DNA of 64,000 nucleotides from Candidatus Hodarchaeota archaeon (lineage in GTDB: Archaea > Asgardarchaeota > Lokiarchaeia > Sigyniarchaeales > SOKP01): assembly GCA_048886685.1 (NCBI GenBank), contig JBHLKM010000006.1, positions 164,062 to 228,061 on the forward strand. Direction: 5' to 3'. Of the stretch, positions 19,934 to 30,294 are shown piece by piece. Below the pieces are notes generated by a model, which saw only the letters and a program-made list of their open reading frames with translations, was not told the DNA's origin and ran no database searches. How positions within the stretch are numbered: position 1 is the stretch's first letter; each line of letters opens with the position of its first letter. A program made the position numbers and the translations under genes.

Positions 19934-20215
19934 TTAACCACCTGCTAGAGCGAAAGATAAGTAAATATCGTCATTCTCGTTGAGTTGTGTTTTAAGGTTT
20001 TTCAGATATTTGATGTTTCTTCCATTCAACAGAATTAAAATTTGAGGATTTAACTTGGTTCTACTTTTATCCAATAAATCATCACCAAGATTCACTTTAT
20101 GCTCCTGTAAAAATTGGGAAATAATATCTCCAACGTTTTTACCTTCATATTCAATGAACTTCTTATTGATTTTTAGTTGGAAAATGTTTAGTAAGTGTAA
20201 TTTTACTTTAACCAT
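19934..20215 (-). CDS. MoaD/ThiS/SAMP-family ubiquitin-like protein
   Basis: 93 aa, ILLNGRNI, C-terminal di-glycine LAGG. Confidence 0.85.
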   Translation of the reverse strand: MVKVKLHLLNIFQLKINKKFIEYEGKNVGDIISQFLQEHKVNLGDDLLDKSRTKLNPQILILLNGRNIKYLKNLKTQLNENDDIYLSFALAGG

Positions 20216-20308
20216 AATAATTTTTCAATTAAAGCGTTTAACTTACTCATATAAACAAAATATTCTTTTTAAGTTTATTTTTTATGAAAAGAATACAAAT
20301 TTCTCGAA

Positions 20309-21904
20309 TTAAATAAATATAGTAATGTTATATGTACCTACAGTTTTTATTTGACCCGTTTTCAAATTATGCTCTTTTAATACCATATATCCTTTTTTAT
20401 AAATTTCGATTTCAATAAAAGCCTCATCAAATCTTTCAGATCTAAGACTTCCACCATTAGAAAATACCGTATTATCAATTTTAACATTAAACGCGATGCT
20501 TGGTGTGCTATTTAAGCAAAGATCTATTTGAGAGCGGGAAAATTGAGAGAGTACATCTCCAGAATCAGTTAATTCTGTTCTCCATACACTTAAAGGGGTG
20601 GGAATTAAACTATGAAAACAACATACACCAAATATTTTTTGATGGCTGAGAGATAAAACTTTTTCTATAAATTTATGCATTCTATTTCGTCCGATAAACC
20701 CCTCAGTAGAATCTCGAGTTGTAGAATTTAATCCTTGAAAATATATTTTATCATTTTCAAACAAAGGATCAAATTCACCGAAATAATGTTTCCAATATAC
20801 CCAAGCTGGAGGTTTTGAATCTGTATATCCAGGCACTATTATATATGGGTATTCTAAATTATCCATTTTTTCTTTAGCTATTTCGAATTCTTCCTTATAA
20901 CTATTTTGAGTTACATTTCCAGTATGTGCAACTAGGTCTACATCGTTTATTTCATTTATGCGCTCAACTGCTTTATCAAGGTTAGTATTCATATTTTCTG
21001 ATTCAGCATTGATTAAAGACTGAGATAACTGGATAAACCTACATAGTGGTTTTTGATCTTTTTTTATTTCTAAGGGAAGATAATAGTTAACCTCACGATG
21101 AATTTCATGCAAAGAATTAGAATCTAATATCGGAATTACCTTAAAAGTAAGGTTATTTCCCTCAATATCGATGATCGCATACGTAAATAAATCGCGATAT
21201 CTTGTTTTATTACAACAAAATGTACCCGCATTAAAAATATATAGATCTTTTTCACTACTACTTAAAGTATATAAATTCCAAGTATGACGATGTCCATTTA
21301 AAACTAAATCTGCTTTTGCTTCTAAGAGCATCTTAAGCATATCGCCTGAATCATCAATTGCAGACCTTTCCTTTCCAGTATTAGGAATCGGGATAAGTTG
21401 ATGATGAAAACAAACTATCTTAAATTTGTTTTCTCTTTCTTTTTTTATTAACTCATCTCGAACTAATTCAATTATATCATGATGAATAATTCCCCCAGGT
21501 AAGTCTGGTTTAGTACTATCGATTCCGATAACGAATAACTCATCATCCTCATATTCATAGTCTCTTCTCCCGATCATCTCCTCAAATAAACGGTATCCTA
21601 CGTTCATCGCATCATGATTTCCAATTAAGATCATTAAAGGACATTTAGATACGGGCTCAAATTTTTTAAACTGCTCTAATGTGAATTCATATTCTAATAA
21701 GGTACCATTTTGAGTTATATCACCTAAATGCAAAAATAAGTCGACATCTTCAATCTTATTAATTTGCTCTATACCTAAATTATATGTATGTAAATTAAAG
21801 GGTCCACCTGACCGACTAATATGAGTATCAGAAATAATTACGAGTCTTTTTTTTGTTTCAATTTTTTGTTTAATTCCTAATCTATTACTTTTTTCGGTTA
21901 TCAT
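20309..21904 (-). CDS. Tandem metallophosphoesterase (second domain degenerate)
   Basis: Domain 1: ISDTH, HLGDIT, GNHD, FHH, GHRH. Domain 2 has substituted ligands (QLSQS, TGNVT, PGYTD, NSTPS). Confidence 0.85.
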   Translation of the reverse strand: MITEKSNRLGIKQKIETKKRLVIISDTHISRSGGPFNLHTYNLGIEQINKIEDVDLFLHLGDITQNGTLLEYEFTLEQFKKFEPVSKCPLMILIGNHDAMNVGYRLFEEMIGRRDYEYEDDELFVIGIDSTKPDLPGGIIHHDIIELVRDELIKKERENKFKIVCFHHQLIPIPNTGKERSAIDDSGDMLKMLLEAKADLVLNGHRHTWNLYTLSSSEKDLYIFNAGTFCCNKTRYRDLFTYAIIDIEGNNLTFKVIPILDSNSLHEIHREVNYYLPLEIKKDQKPLCRFIQLSQSLINAESENMNTNLDKAVERINEINDVDLVAHTGNVTQNSYKEEFEIAKEKMDNLEYPYIIVPGYTDSKPPAWVYWKHYFGEFDPLFENDKIYFQGLNSTTRDSTEGFIGRNRMHKFIEKVLSLSHQKIFGVCCFHSLIPTPLSVWRTELTDSGDVLSQFSRSQIDLCLNSTPSIAFNVKIDNTVFSNGGSLRSERFDEAFIEIEIYKKGYMVLKEHNLKTGQIKTVGTYNITIFI

Positions 21905-21910
21905 GTCTTT

Positions 21911-22648
21911 TCAGACTTCTTTTAATTTTGCAGGATGACCTGAATAAATTGAATTACCTTTTAAGATATCATCAAAATTTGTGTAAGAATGGGCTGATAA
22001 TTTTGAGTTTTTTTTCATAATGGTGCCTGGTAGTAGTACACATTTGGCTCCAATTATTACATTATCTTCTACATGAATCCTTTTTAATATAAATTTATCT
22101 TGTTCAATTCCAAAAGTTAGAAGTGTACTTCCCATTCCAATAATAGCATTGTTACCAATATTTACAAACTCAGAAGAGATCCAACATGAATCACATAACG
22201 AATTCTTACCAATCTTAACTCCAAAAAATCTGAGAGTAAAACGATTTTTCAACCATGGAAAAGGATTTGATGCTGTAATAAAAAGTGCCCACTTTTTAGA
22301 AATATTTCGTAAATTCCAAAACAAATAATTTTTATCTTTTTTATCTCGAGTAAAAATCCCCTCTTTAGGGGTAAACATTAAATTAATAATTGTTAAAAAT
22401 AAAGCAGAAAATAATATTGCACTTATCTGCAGAGTATAAATTAAAACAAAGAAATTAAATGGGAGTAGTAAAAAGAAAATCAAATATAATCCTTTCTTCC
22501 ATAAACAGAGCACATAAATATATTCAAATAAAGAGCACGGGATGAAACTCAAAATAATGATTATTAAATAAATGATAAGATGTTTATTTCTGACTCTCTC
22601 ATCTATGGGCGTAGGTGAATCACCTTTTAAACTTGCAGGTTGAAACAT
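21911..22648 (-). CDS. Membrane protein with left-handed beta-helix (hexapeptide) acyltransferase-like domain
   Basis: Two TM segments, PKEG, FFGVKIGKN, VNIGNNAIIG, VEDNVIIGAKCVLLPG. Confidence 0.75.
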   Translation of the reverse strand: MFQPASLKGDSPTPIDERVRNKHLIIYLIIIILSFIPCSLFEYIYVLCLWKKGLYLIFFLLLPFNFFVLIYTLQISAILFSALFLTIINLMFTPKEGIFTRDKKDKNYLFWNLRNISKKWALFITASNPFPWLKNRFTLRFFGVKIGKNSLCDSCWISSEFVNIGNNAIIGMGSTLLTFGIEQDKFILKRIHVEDNVIIGAKCVLLPGTIMKKNSKLSAHSYTNFDDILKGNSIYSGHPAKLKEV

Positions 22649-22650
22649 AG

Positions 22651-23496
22651 TTATTTATCATCTCCATCCTTATTTTCGACAGGTTTCTTAATAATTCTTT
22701 CTACTTTTTCTTGAGACTCTTCTAATGTTTGGATTGGAAATGTCATACTTACTGGAGTCCCAACATGAATCAAATCACTCTCTAATTCTTGCCCTAACCA
22801 AGTATAACTATTTGCTCCTAAAACGGCTCCATCTTGCATAATTGTACCTGGACTGACGATTGTTTGAGGTCCAACAACACAAGCTTTACCAATTTTTACC
22901 TTTTTTATTATCATTTTCTCATGATATATCATATGGGAAAAGATACATATGTTCAAAGAGGTCATAGTAAAATCTCCTATTTCTATAAACTCAGGATCAA
23001 TGTAACCTTCATATGCAACTACATTTTTTCCAATCGAAACCCCAAAGAAGCGGTAAACAAAAATATCAGACCAGGGTATGGGTAATGCCCTTGCCAGCCA
23101 AATAGGGAAATACGCATTCCAAAATCTGCGATGAGTATATTTCCACTCTTTACTGCCTCTTTTGAATACGCCTTCTTTTGGAGGACACAGTTTGCTTAAA
23201 ATTTTATTGATACCCGCTGAAAATATAATAATAGAAAAGGCAAATAAAAATACATTACCATAAAGGTTTAAAGGTAATAATAACCAATAATACCATTGAG
23301 CAGTAACGCCTATAGATAAAAATTGAGTTCCTGTAAGAAGATAATATAGTTGGTTGACAAACCAAAGATTAATAAAAACTAAAACCATTCCCCCAATAAA
23401 TAATTGTAGGAGAATTATTAATGTAAATGGAGTTTTATAAACACCTGAGGTTGATATATATTCAATTTTGATTTGTGAGTTATCTGTATTGTTCAT
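22651..23496 (-). CDS. Membrane protein with hexapeptide acyltransferase-like domain (paralog)
   Basis: TM segments, PKEG, FFGVSIGKNV, IEIGDF, KIGKACVVGPQTIVSPG. Confidence 0.75.
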   Translation of the reverse strand: MNNTDNSQIKIEYISTSGVYKTPFTLIILLQLFIGGMVLVFINLWFVNQLYYLLTGTQFLSIGVTAQWYYWLLLPLNLYGNVFLFAFSIIIFSAGINKILSKLCPPKEGVFKRGSKEWKYTHRRFWNAYFPIWLARALPIPWSDIFVYRFFGVSIGKNVVAYEGYIDPEFIEIGDFTMTSLNICIFSHMIYHEKMIIKKVKIGKACVVGPQTIVSPGTIMQDGAVLGANSYTWLGQELESDLIHVGTPVSMTFPIQTLEESQEKVERIIKKPVENKDGDDK

Positions 23497-23694
23497 TTAA
23501 TCTATCTAACTTCACTAATGATTTCCTTATAATATATTATAATTTTGAAAATAATTAAATCATAATACTCAATTCAAATATTTGATACCCTAAAGTCAAA
23601 AAAAATTAAAAGCTTAATTCAATATGATATATATATTATTATCAAAATAATTCAATAAATCAAAGTTAAATATATTTGAATAGATCAAAGGTGA

Positions 23695-24558
23695 ATGATT
23701 ATTAGCATTGACTGGGAAAAAGCAGAAGCAAAACCAGAAAAGAAGATGGCTGTTGAAGGCAGATTCTTGTTGGATCTTAGAGCTAAAGTAAATGATCTGG
23801 AAAAACAGCTGTCAGAAACTAAAAGTGAATTATCCTCAACCAAAGATAAACTTGCAGACACTCAAAATGATCTTGCGGATACAAAAAGTAGTCTTAATAA
23901 CACTCAGAATAGGCTTGAAAAGACGATTGGAGAAGGTAAAAGAAAAGATCAAGCTATTGATGCTCAAACAGCAGAAACAGAATCTTTAAAGAAGGACTTA
24001 GAAGATTATAAAACTAAGGTTAGTGAACTTGAATCAAGCCTAAGTTCTTCAGAAGAAAAAGTAGCTGAATTAGAAGTTTCAGCACAAAAAGCAGCAGATC
24101 TAGAAACTCAATTAAATGAAGCAAACAGTACAATCTCAGCAAATCAAGATGAAATAAGTTCTCTAAAGTCAGAAATTGAAGAATTAAACTCAAAACTTTC
24201 TGCATCTCAAAGTGAACTTGATCAGCTAAACTCACAACTTAGCGAATTAAATAATTCCTTATTACAAAGAGATACTCAAATCCAAGAATTAAGTGATGCT
24301 ATTGCTAAAAAAGAACAAGCATTAGAGTCTGCAACTACTCACTTGACCGAAGTTGAATCTGAATTAGAAGAATTAAAACCCCCTGATATAGGTTCGGGAG
24401 GTTTTGCTGCCGATGAGAGGATTACCTGCCCAATGTGTGGAGCTGTAGGCCATGACATAAAAACAGTTGAAGATAAGAGCAAAGTCTTAAGCTATGTTGG
24501 ACATATTCCAATGTACGCAAAAAAGCATGTATGTAAGAAGTGTGGTTACGAATTTTAG
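23695..24558 (+). CDS. Long coiled-coil protein with C-terminal zinc ribbon
   Basis: Heptads LSETKSE/LSSTKDK/LADTQND/LADTKSS; CPMCG..CKKCGYEF; SD AGGTGA upstream. Confidence 0.75.
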   Translation: MIISIDWEKAEAKPEKKMAVEGRFLLDLRAKVNDLEKQLSETKSELSSTKDKLADTQNDLADTKSSLNNTQNRLEKTIGEGKRKDQAIDAQTAETESLKKDLEDYKTKVSELESSLSSSEEKVAELEVSAQKAADLETQLNEANSTISANQDEISSLKSEIEELNSKLSASQSELDQLNSQLSELNNSLLQRDTQIQELSDAIAKKEQALESATTHLTEVESELEELKPPDIGSGGFAADERITCPMCGAVGHDIKTVEDKSKVLSYVGHIPMYAKKHVCKKCGYEF

Positions 24559-24701
24559 AGATTTTTTTTATTTTTCCTTTTTCTTTTATAATTTAGGATT
24601 AAAAATTCTTTTTGTTTTTTAATTTAGAATTTTGAATTCTTTCCTTTACTTCTGTTTAAATTTCATAATTTTAAAATAACTTTAAGTTTTTTATTTAAAT
24701 T

Positions 24702-26012
24702 ATGAATGATAATCCTAAAAAGAAATTTATTGGTACTTTACCTCAGAAAGAATTATTAAAACTTTATTCCCTACATGTGAATGGGCCTAAAGTTCGATTT
24801 TTCAAAAGCCTTGGATTAGGAGTGATTCCAGGCGAGAGAGAAGGGATTATCCTACGGACATTAGAGGGACCAAGACCCGGTGAACCTCTTCTAGAAATGT
24901 TTAATTGCCGTACTTCTGGGGGGGTGTATAACTTAGGGCATGGAAATCCAAGAATTGTTCAGATTGTTAAAGATGCCTTAGATGGGGGGTTGGATATAGG
25001 TGATCATATTCTCTTATCAGAACAAAGAGCCCTATTAGGAAAGAAACTTGCAGATTTAATGCCTGGAGATATCAGTAAAACAACATTTGGGGTGGCGGGA
25101 GGAGAAGCTGTAGATTGCGCGATTAAATTCTCAAGAGCATATACAAAACGTAAAGGATGTGTATCTGCTATAGGTGGTTATCATGGTCATACCGGGTTCG
25201 CATTAGCAACTGGAGATCCGATATTTAGAGATAATTTCCTTTGGGATCTTCCCGGATATAAGCAGATTCCATTTGGAGATGTTGATTCTATGAGGAAAGC
25301 CGTAACTGATGATATTGCATGTGTTATTTTAGAAACTATTCCTGCTACTGCAGGGATATTAATAGCTTCTGAAGGATATTTTGCAGAAGTAAGAGAAATT
25401 TGTGATGATAATGGTACGATGATGATTATTGATGAAGTGCAGGCAGGACTCGGTAGGACAGGAGAATTATGGGCAATATATGGAGGACTTTATCCAAATG
25501 AAAAAGTTGTGCCAGATTTTATGGTATTAGGGAAGGGTATGACAGCTGGGATTTATCCTTTATCAACGTGTAGCTATAAACCATTTATCGAAAAAGCAGT
25601 CTATAAAGATGATCCCTTTATCCATATTTCTACTACAGGTGGTTCTGATATTGGATGTGCTATCGCGCTAGAGATGTTGAATATTCAATCTGATCCAGAT
25701 TTTTTAAATCATGTCAAGGAAATGGGAAAAGTTTTTCAGAAAGGATTAGAAGATATAAAATGGGAATTCCCTGATCTGATTAAAGAGATAAGAGGGAGAG
25801 GACTTATGTGGGGTGTTGAATTCCATAATGAAAGTGATAGCCAATTAGCAATGTTATCAATTATAAAAGAAGGCGTATTGCTTGATTATTGCAATAATAA
25901 AAAGGATACTCTTAAAATATTACCACCTTTAGTTGTTCAAAATCACGAACTTGATGAAATTTTAGAAAAAATTCGCAGTGGAGTTAATAAATTAAAAAAT
26001 TTTAAGAAATAA
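24702..26012 (+). CDS. Class III PLP aminotransferase (putrescine/acetylornithine aminotransferase-like)
   Basis: GGEAVDCAIK, GGYHGHT, IIDEVQAGLGRTG, VLGKG, IRGRGLM. Confidence 0.88.
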   Translation: MNDNPKKKFIGTLPQKELLKLYSLHVNGPKVRFFKSLGLGVIPGEREGIILRTLEGPRPGEPLLEMFNCRTSGGVYNLGHGNPRIVQIVKDALDGGLDIGDHILLSEQRALLGKKLADLMPGDISKTTFGVAGGEAVDCAIKFSRAYTKRKGCVSAIGGYHGHTGFALATGDPIFRDNFLWDLPGYKQIPFGDVDSMRKAVTDDIACVILETIPATAGILIASEGYFAEVREICDDNGTMMIIDEVQAGLGRTGELWAIYGGLYPNEKVVPDFMVLGKGMTAGIYPLSTCSYKPFIEKAVYKDDPFIHISTTGGSDIGCAIALEMLNIQSDPDFLNHVKEMGKVFQKGLEDIKWEFPDLIKEIRGRGLMWGVEFHNESDSQLAMLSIIKEGVLLDYCNNKKDTLKILPPLVVQNHELDEILEKIRSGVNKLKNFKK

Positions 26013-26017
26013 AGAAT

Positions 26018-27442
26018 TTAAATTTTTAATTTCTTTTGTTGATGAATTTCCTCTAATTTTTCTTTTACTTGTTTTAATCTTTCTCCGTCTAAGGGATATT
26101 TATAAATTGATAAAATTGCGATTATCAATGCCGCTGAGGGATATACAAACATTAAAATACGTAGTGTTAGTTGAATTTCTGGGGATGCTGGAAGTGAAAA
26201 AACCTCCCAATCTGCAATAATAAACATGGGGCCTATACTTATAAAAACTATAATGATCGCCAGTCGTAGGAAAAAAGCATTCACGCCATAATATCCTGCT
26301 TCTCTACGGGTTCCTGTATTGACCTCATCTTCATCAATGATATCGCTAACAACTAAGTCGATTATATAGAAAGAACCTGACAAGCCAAGACCAATAAAAA
26401 AGAAAACTATTATAGCAAGTACTTCCATATTTGGTCCTAGAAACATCAACGGAAATAACGTAATAATCCAAGACGTCATTGAAATCATCCATGCCTTTCT
26501 ATTACCAATCCTCCTAACTATAGGTTTCCATACAAATGTAATAAATATTACCGAAGATATAAACGCTGCTCCTATAAGAAGTGAAATTATAAAAGCATCT
26601 TCAATGCCCAATACTGCTTTTGCATAAAGCGGTATCAAGGTCGGTAAGATTCCATATACAAACCAATTAGCAATTTCAGCGGGAATATACCACATAAACG
26701 ATTTACTTTTCACACACATTTTAATAGAATTAAAGAAACTAGGTGCGTTTTTATACTCTTCCTTAAATTCTACCTTTTCTCTTGGAGTAAATTTAATGAA
26801 AATTCCCCCAACAATAACAATAATTATCGCAGCAACAATTCCAAATATCTGATATTCACCTAAAGTTTTAACTCTGTCTGTGCTTTCCGGAGTATAATCT
26901 TCAATAAAAAAACCGGGTAATACAAACGCTATTATTAACCCTAAAATGAGAAAGGATTGTCTTACATTATTAGCTTTAGTTCTCTCATCTTTTGAAATAA
27001 ATGTTTCGGGGAATAAAGAGGTAGCGTTAAGACTGAACATTGTATAGAAGAATTCAAATAAAATAATGATGACTAGAAAATAAATAAACATCCCAATCTC
27101 ATGTTCTACAAGTATAGGGAAATTTGGGGTAAATAACAAAAACACTATGACACCTAAAGGTATAAATGCTATCATAATGTATGGTAGGCGTCGTCCAAAT
27201 CTAGTGTGTGTTCGGTCTGATAAGTATCCCAGCATAGGATCATTAAAACTATTCCAAACGGCCCAAATTATAAACCCAATTGTAATATAAGTAATATTGA
27301 GTTTAATCACGGTGTAATAAAATGTAAATACTAAAAAGGTGAATGTTTGGTACGCCGCTTGATCCGCAATTTGTCCTGTAGAATAACTAGCAGCTTTTTT
27401 AAATGAAAAACTCTCTTCAGATTCTTCTTTTTTCTCGTTCAT
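26018..27442 (-). CDS. MFS transporter, GPH/MelB glycoside symporter family
   Basis: NDPMLGYLSDRTHTRFGRRLPY, DIIDEDEVNTGTRREAGYYG; about 12 TM segments. Confidence 0.88.
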   Translation of the reverse strand: MNEKKEESEESFSFKKAASYSTGQIADQAAYQTFTFLVFTFYYTVIKLNITYITIGFIIWAVWNSFNDPMLGYLSDRTHTRFGRRLPYIMIAFIPLGVIVFLLFTPNFPILVEHEIGMFIYFLVIIILFEFFYTMFSLNATSLFPETFISKDERTKANNVRQSFLILGLIIAFVLPGFFIEDYTPESTDRVKTLGEYQIFGIVAAIIIVIVGGIFIKFTPREKVEFKEEYKNAPSFFNSIKMCVKSKSFMWYIPAEIANWFVYGILPTLIPLYAKAVLGIEDAFIISLLIGAAFISSVIFITFVWKPIVRRIGNRKAWMISMTSWIITLFPLMFLGPNMEVLAIIVFFFIGLGLSGSFYIIDLVVSDIIDEDEVNTGTRREAGYYGVNAFFLRLAIIIVFISIGPMFIIADWEVFSLPASPEIQLTLRILMFVYPSAALIIAILSIYKYPLDGERLKQVKEKLEEIHQQKKLKI

Positions 27443-27681
27443 TTTGATTTTTTAACGATAATTAAAATTGATCTACTATCTTTTTCTTTCTTAATAAATA
27501 TTTAATTTTGATATTCATAGTTAATCTTATTAATAAATTATAACAACGTAAAATTTCCTATCTTTTCAGTTTTACAAGTCATTGAATTTGTATATGAATA
27601 TATAGAAAGGTGTTGAAAAAATATGAAGATTTTTTCGAAATGCATAAAAATATAAGAATTTAATCACAATTTCTGATAAAC

Positions 27682-27754
27682 TTTTTCACTTTCGTATAAT
27701 GTTTTTTAAGAAAAGATACCTAAATTAAAATGTATCATGAAATTGAAATTAAAA
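27682..27754 (+). repeat. Conserved upstream element, copy 1 (probable promoter of 7TM-longin gene 1)
   Basis: tttttaagaaaagatacctaaattaaaatgta, nearly identical to the copy at 28912..28984. Confidence 0.7.
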
Positions 27755-27784
27755 TAATATATAAATTAAAATCCTACTAGAATA

Positions 27785-28864
27785 ATGGTTAGTCTTGAAA
27801 ATATAATTCTAGTTTTATCAACCTTTATCGCTGCAACTTTAATCTTGGTTGGTGCTATAATTACCTTATACTATGCTACAAAGAGGAAAAACTATTTAGT
27901 CTATCTATTTTCTGCAAGTTGGTTAGTTCAATCAGTTTTTTGGTACTTAGATTCAGCTGCTCACCTTTTTTATTCGCCTTTTCTTATGAAAATCGCATTT
28001 ATTCCGCAAAGTATAGGCGTTCCATGTATGTTTATTTTTATAGAGCTCATTAAAAAAGAAAATGTAAATCCAATAAAAATGATAATTCTTGCTTTGATAG
28101 AGACTATTTTTCTAATGTTCTTATTTTTACCTGGGGCTATGGAAGTTCGTTCGGGATATGGAGTTCATTTTATAGGACCTACTCGTTTTTTTCAAATTAT
28201 ATGGTTAATCTATTATGTCTTTTTCTATTTCAGTTGGAGTTATCAAACATTCAAAAAAGCTCCAGAAGAATTAAAACACTTAGTAACTCTCCTTTTATAT
28301 GGGAGCATTTTATTTTCTATGGTAACTACAGTTTTTTATGCAATGGGTACTGTCATAACATTCTTTAATCCCTTAGGATTCATTATGCACGGGATAGGTG
28401 CGCTTATCACTATAATTGTGATCTTAAAAGACCCTGCAATTATTAATATTCTACCTTTTAAAGCTTACAGACTAATAGTTTTTGAAACAAGTAAGGGTAC
28501 AACACTTTTTAAACATGATTGGGCAGAAATAACAGCAATAGAGGAAAATATCTTTTCTATGCTACTCCAAGCAACTAGAAATGTTTTAAATGAGATCTTA
28601 AATAAAGGGGAGGTGCGTAAAATTGACATGGATAAAGCTATTCTCCTCATTCAACACAACATAAAATTTCCTATTGTTTCTGTTTTAGTAACTTCAAAAT
28701 CTTCCAAATCATTACGATATAGCCTGAAAAAATTTCATGACCAATTTATTTTGAAATATTCTTCTGATTTCAATAATTTTCAAGATGTTGAAAGGTTCAA
28801 AGAGGCAAACATTCTTGTTGAAAAGGTATTTGAATTTGTTCCTAAATATATAAAAATAGCTTGA
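27785..28864 (+). CDS. Seven-TM membrane protein fused to C-terminal longin domain, paralog 1
   Basis: Seven hydrophobic segments in residues ~5-215, then longin pattern YRLIVFETSKGTTLFKHDW..IVSVLVTSK..LKKFHDQF. Confidence 0.75.
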   Translation: MVSLENIILVLSTFIAATLILVGAIITLYYATKRKNYLVYLFSASWLVQSVFWYLDSAAHLFYSPFLMKIAFIPQSIGVPCMFIFIELIKKENVNPIKMIILALIETIFLMFLFLPGAMEVRSGYGVHFIGPTRFFQIIWLIYYVFFYFSWSYQTFKKAPEELKHLVTLLLYGSILFSMVTTVFYAMGTVITFFNPLGFIMHGIGALITIIVILKDPAIINILPFKAYRLIVFETSKGTTLFKHDWAEITAIEENIFSMLLQATRNVLNEILNKGEVRKIDMDKAILLIQHNIKFPIVSVLVTSKSSKSLRYSLKKFHDQFILKYSSDFNNFQDVERFKEANILVEKVFEFVPKYIKIA

Positions 28865-28911
28865 GAAGAAAAATACGTAAAATGTAGTCACTTCGTCTAA
28901 TTTTTGTTTCA

Positions 28912-28984
28912 TTTTTTCATTTTCATAAAACATTTTTAAGAATAGATACCTAAATTTAAATGTAATAAGAACTTGAAAGTAAAA
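28912..28984 (+). repeat. Conserved upstream element, copy 2 (probable promoter of 7TM-longin gene 2)
   Basis: tttttaagaatagatacctaaatttaaatgta. Confidence 0.7.
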
Positions 28985-29009
28985 AAATGCACATTGAAGT
29001 TCTACTTGA

Positions 29010-30095
29010 ATGATGATTAATCTTGAAAATTTAATGTTAATTTTATCCGCTTCCATTGCTGGAGTCTTTGTGGGCGTTGGAGGTTTAATAACTTGTTTTT
29101 ATGCACTTAAAAGAAAAAACCGTATTATTTTTCTGTTCTCTGCGATGTGGTTATTATATGCTGTATTTTGGTTCATTGATGCTGCAGCCCATTATTATTA
29201 TTCCACACTCCTCATGGCGTTTGCAATTGTTCCCCAACTTATAGCCGTTCCATGTATTATTGTTTTTATTGAACTAAGTAGAAAAGAACGTGTAAGCCCC
29301 CTAAAAATTACTATTTTGTTTATACTTGAATTAGTATTATTATCTGTAACATTTTTACTACCTGAAAGCGAGAATTATGATGTAATTCAAGGGTATGGTG
29401 TACATAATATAGGCATCCTTCGCATTATTCAGGTTATTTTCCTTCTATATTTCGTTTTTCAATATTTTATATGGACCATTCAAACTTGGAAAAAGGCACC
29501 TCCTAAATTTAAACGTCTAGCCACTTGGCTTTTATTTGGAAGTACTTTATTTTCTATAGTAACTGTACTAATGTATGCAGTGGGGGGAGTTATTAAAGTA
29601 TTTAATTCACTTGCTTTTTTTACTAATGGGATAGGCGCGTTTATAACCATTATTGTAATTTTGAAAGACCCAAAAATTATTTATATTTTGCCATTTAAGG
29701 CATATAGAATTTTAGTACTTGATACAAATGAAGGAATTGCTCTTTTTAGATATGATTGGGCTGAAATAGGAAAAGTAGAAGAAAATATATTTTCCATGGT
29801 ACTCAAAGCAGTAGGAACCGTATTAGATGAGATCTTAAAAAAGGGTGAGGTTCGTGAAATCCATATGGACAGAGCAATCCTTCTTATTCAACATGATAAA
29901 AAGATTCCTATTGCCTCAGTTTTAGTTACTTCAAAATCAACGAAATCCTTGAGATACGGTCTTCGTATATTTAATGAAGAATTTATTTCACGTTTTTATA
30001 CGGATGACATTGATTTTCATGAAGTAAGTAAATTTAAGGATGCGAATCTATTAGTTGAAAAAATATTTGATTTTGTGCCAGAACGTAGGGAATAA
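29010..30095 (+). CDS. Seven-TM membrane protein fused to C-terminal longin domain, paralog 2
   Basis: Colinear with 27785..28864 (GYGVH, KKAP, ILKDP, ILPFKAYR, KGEVR, SVLVTSKS). Confidence 0.75.
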   Translation: MMINLENLMLILSASIAGVFVGVGGLITCFYALKRKNRIIFLFSAMWLLYAVFWFIDAAAHYYYSTLLMAFAIVPQLIAVPCIIVFIELSRKERVSPLKITILFILELVLLSVTFLLPESENYDVIQGYGVHNIGILRIIQVIFLLYFVFQYFIWTIQTWKKAPPKFKRLATWLLFGSTLFSIVTVLMYAVGGVIKVFNSLAFFTNGIGAFITIIVILKDPKIIYILPFKAYRILVLDTNEGIALFRYDWAEIGKVEENIFSMVLKAVGTVLDEILKKGEVREIHMDRAILLIQHDKKIPIASVLVTSKSTKSLRYGLRIFNEEFISRFYTDDIDFHEVSKFKDANLLVEKIFDFVPERRE

Positions 30096-30294
30096 ACCGA
30101 AACTTAAATTAAATATCTTTCAATACATTTTAGTCGGGATTTTTCAATGGATTTATCCAATTTTATCCATTAAAGTAAACATAAATTTATATACCATATT
30201 AACTGTTCAATTCTTGGCGTATATAATTAAATATTTCTTAACTCTATAACAGGAGTTCTAATAAAGTATTTAATAAAAAAGAGGAGAACTTCAT

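Noticed and set aside
23695-24558. SMC ATPase
   Set aside because: No Walker A/B motifs or hinge; coiled coil only.
27785-30095. Rhodopsin identity for the 7TM proteins
   Set aside because: No mid-TM7 retinal-binding Lys motif (DxxxK or SxxxK); the only Lys is at the cytoplasmic boundary (ILKDP).
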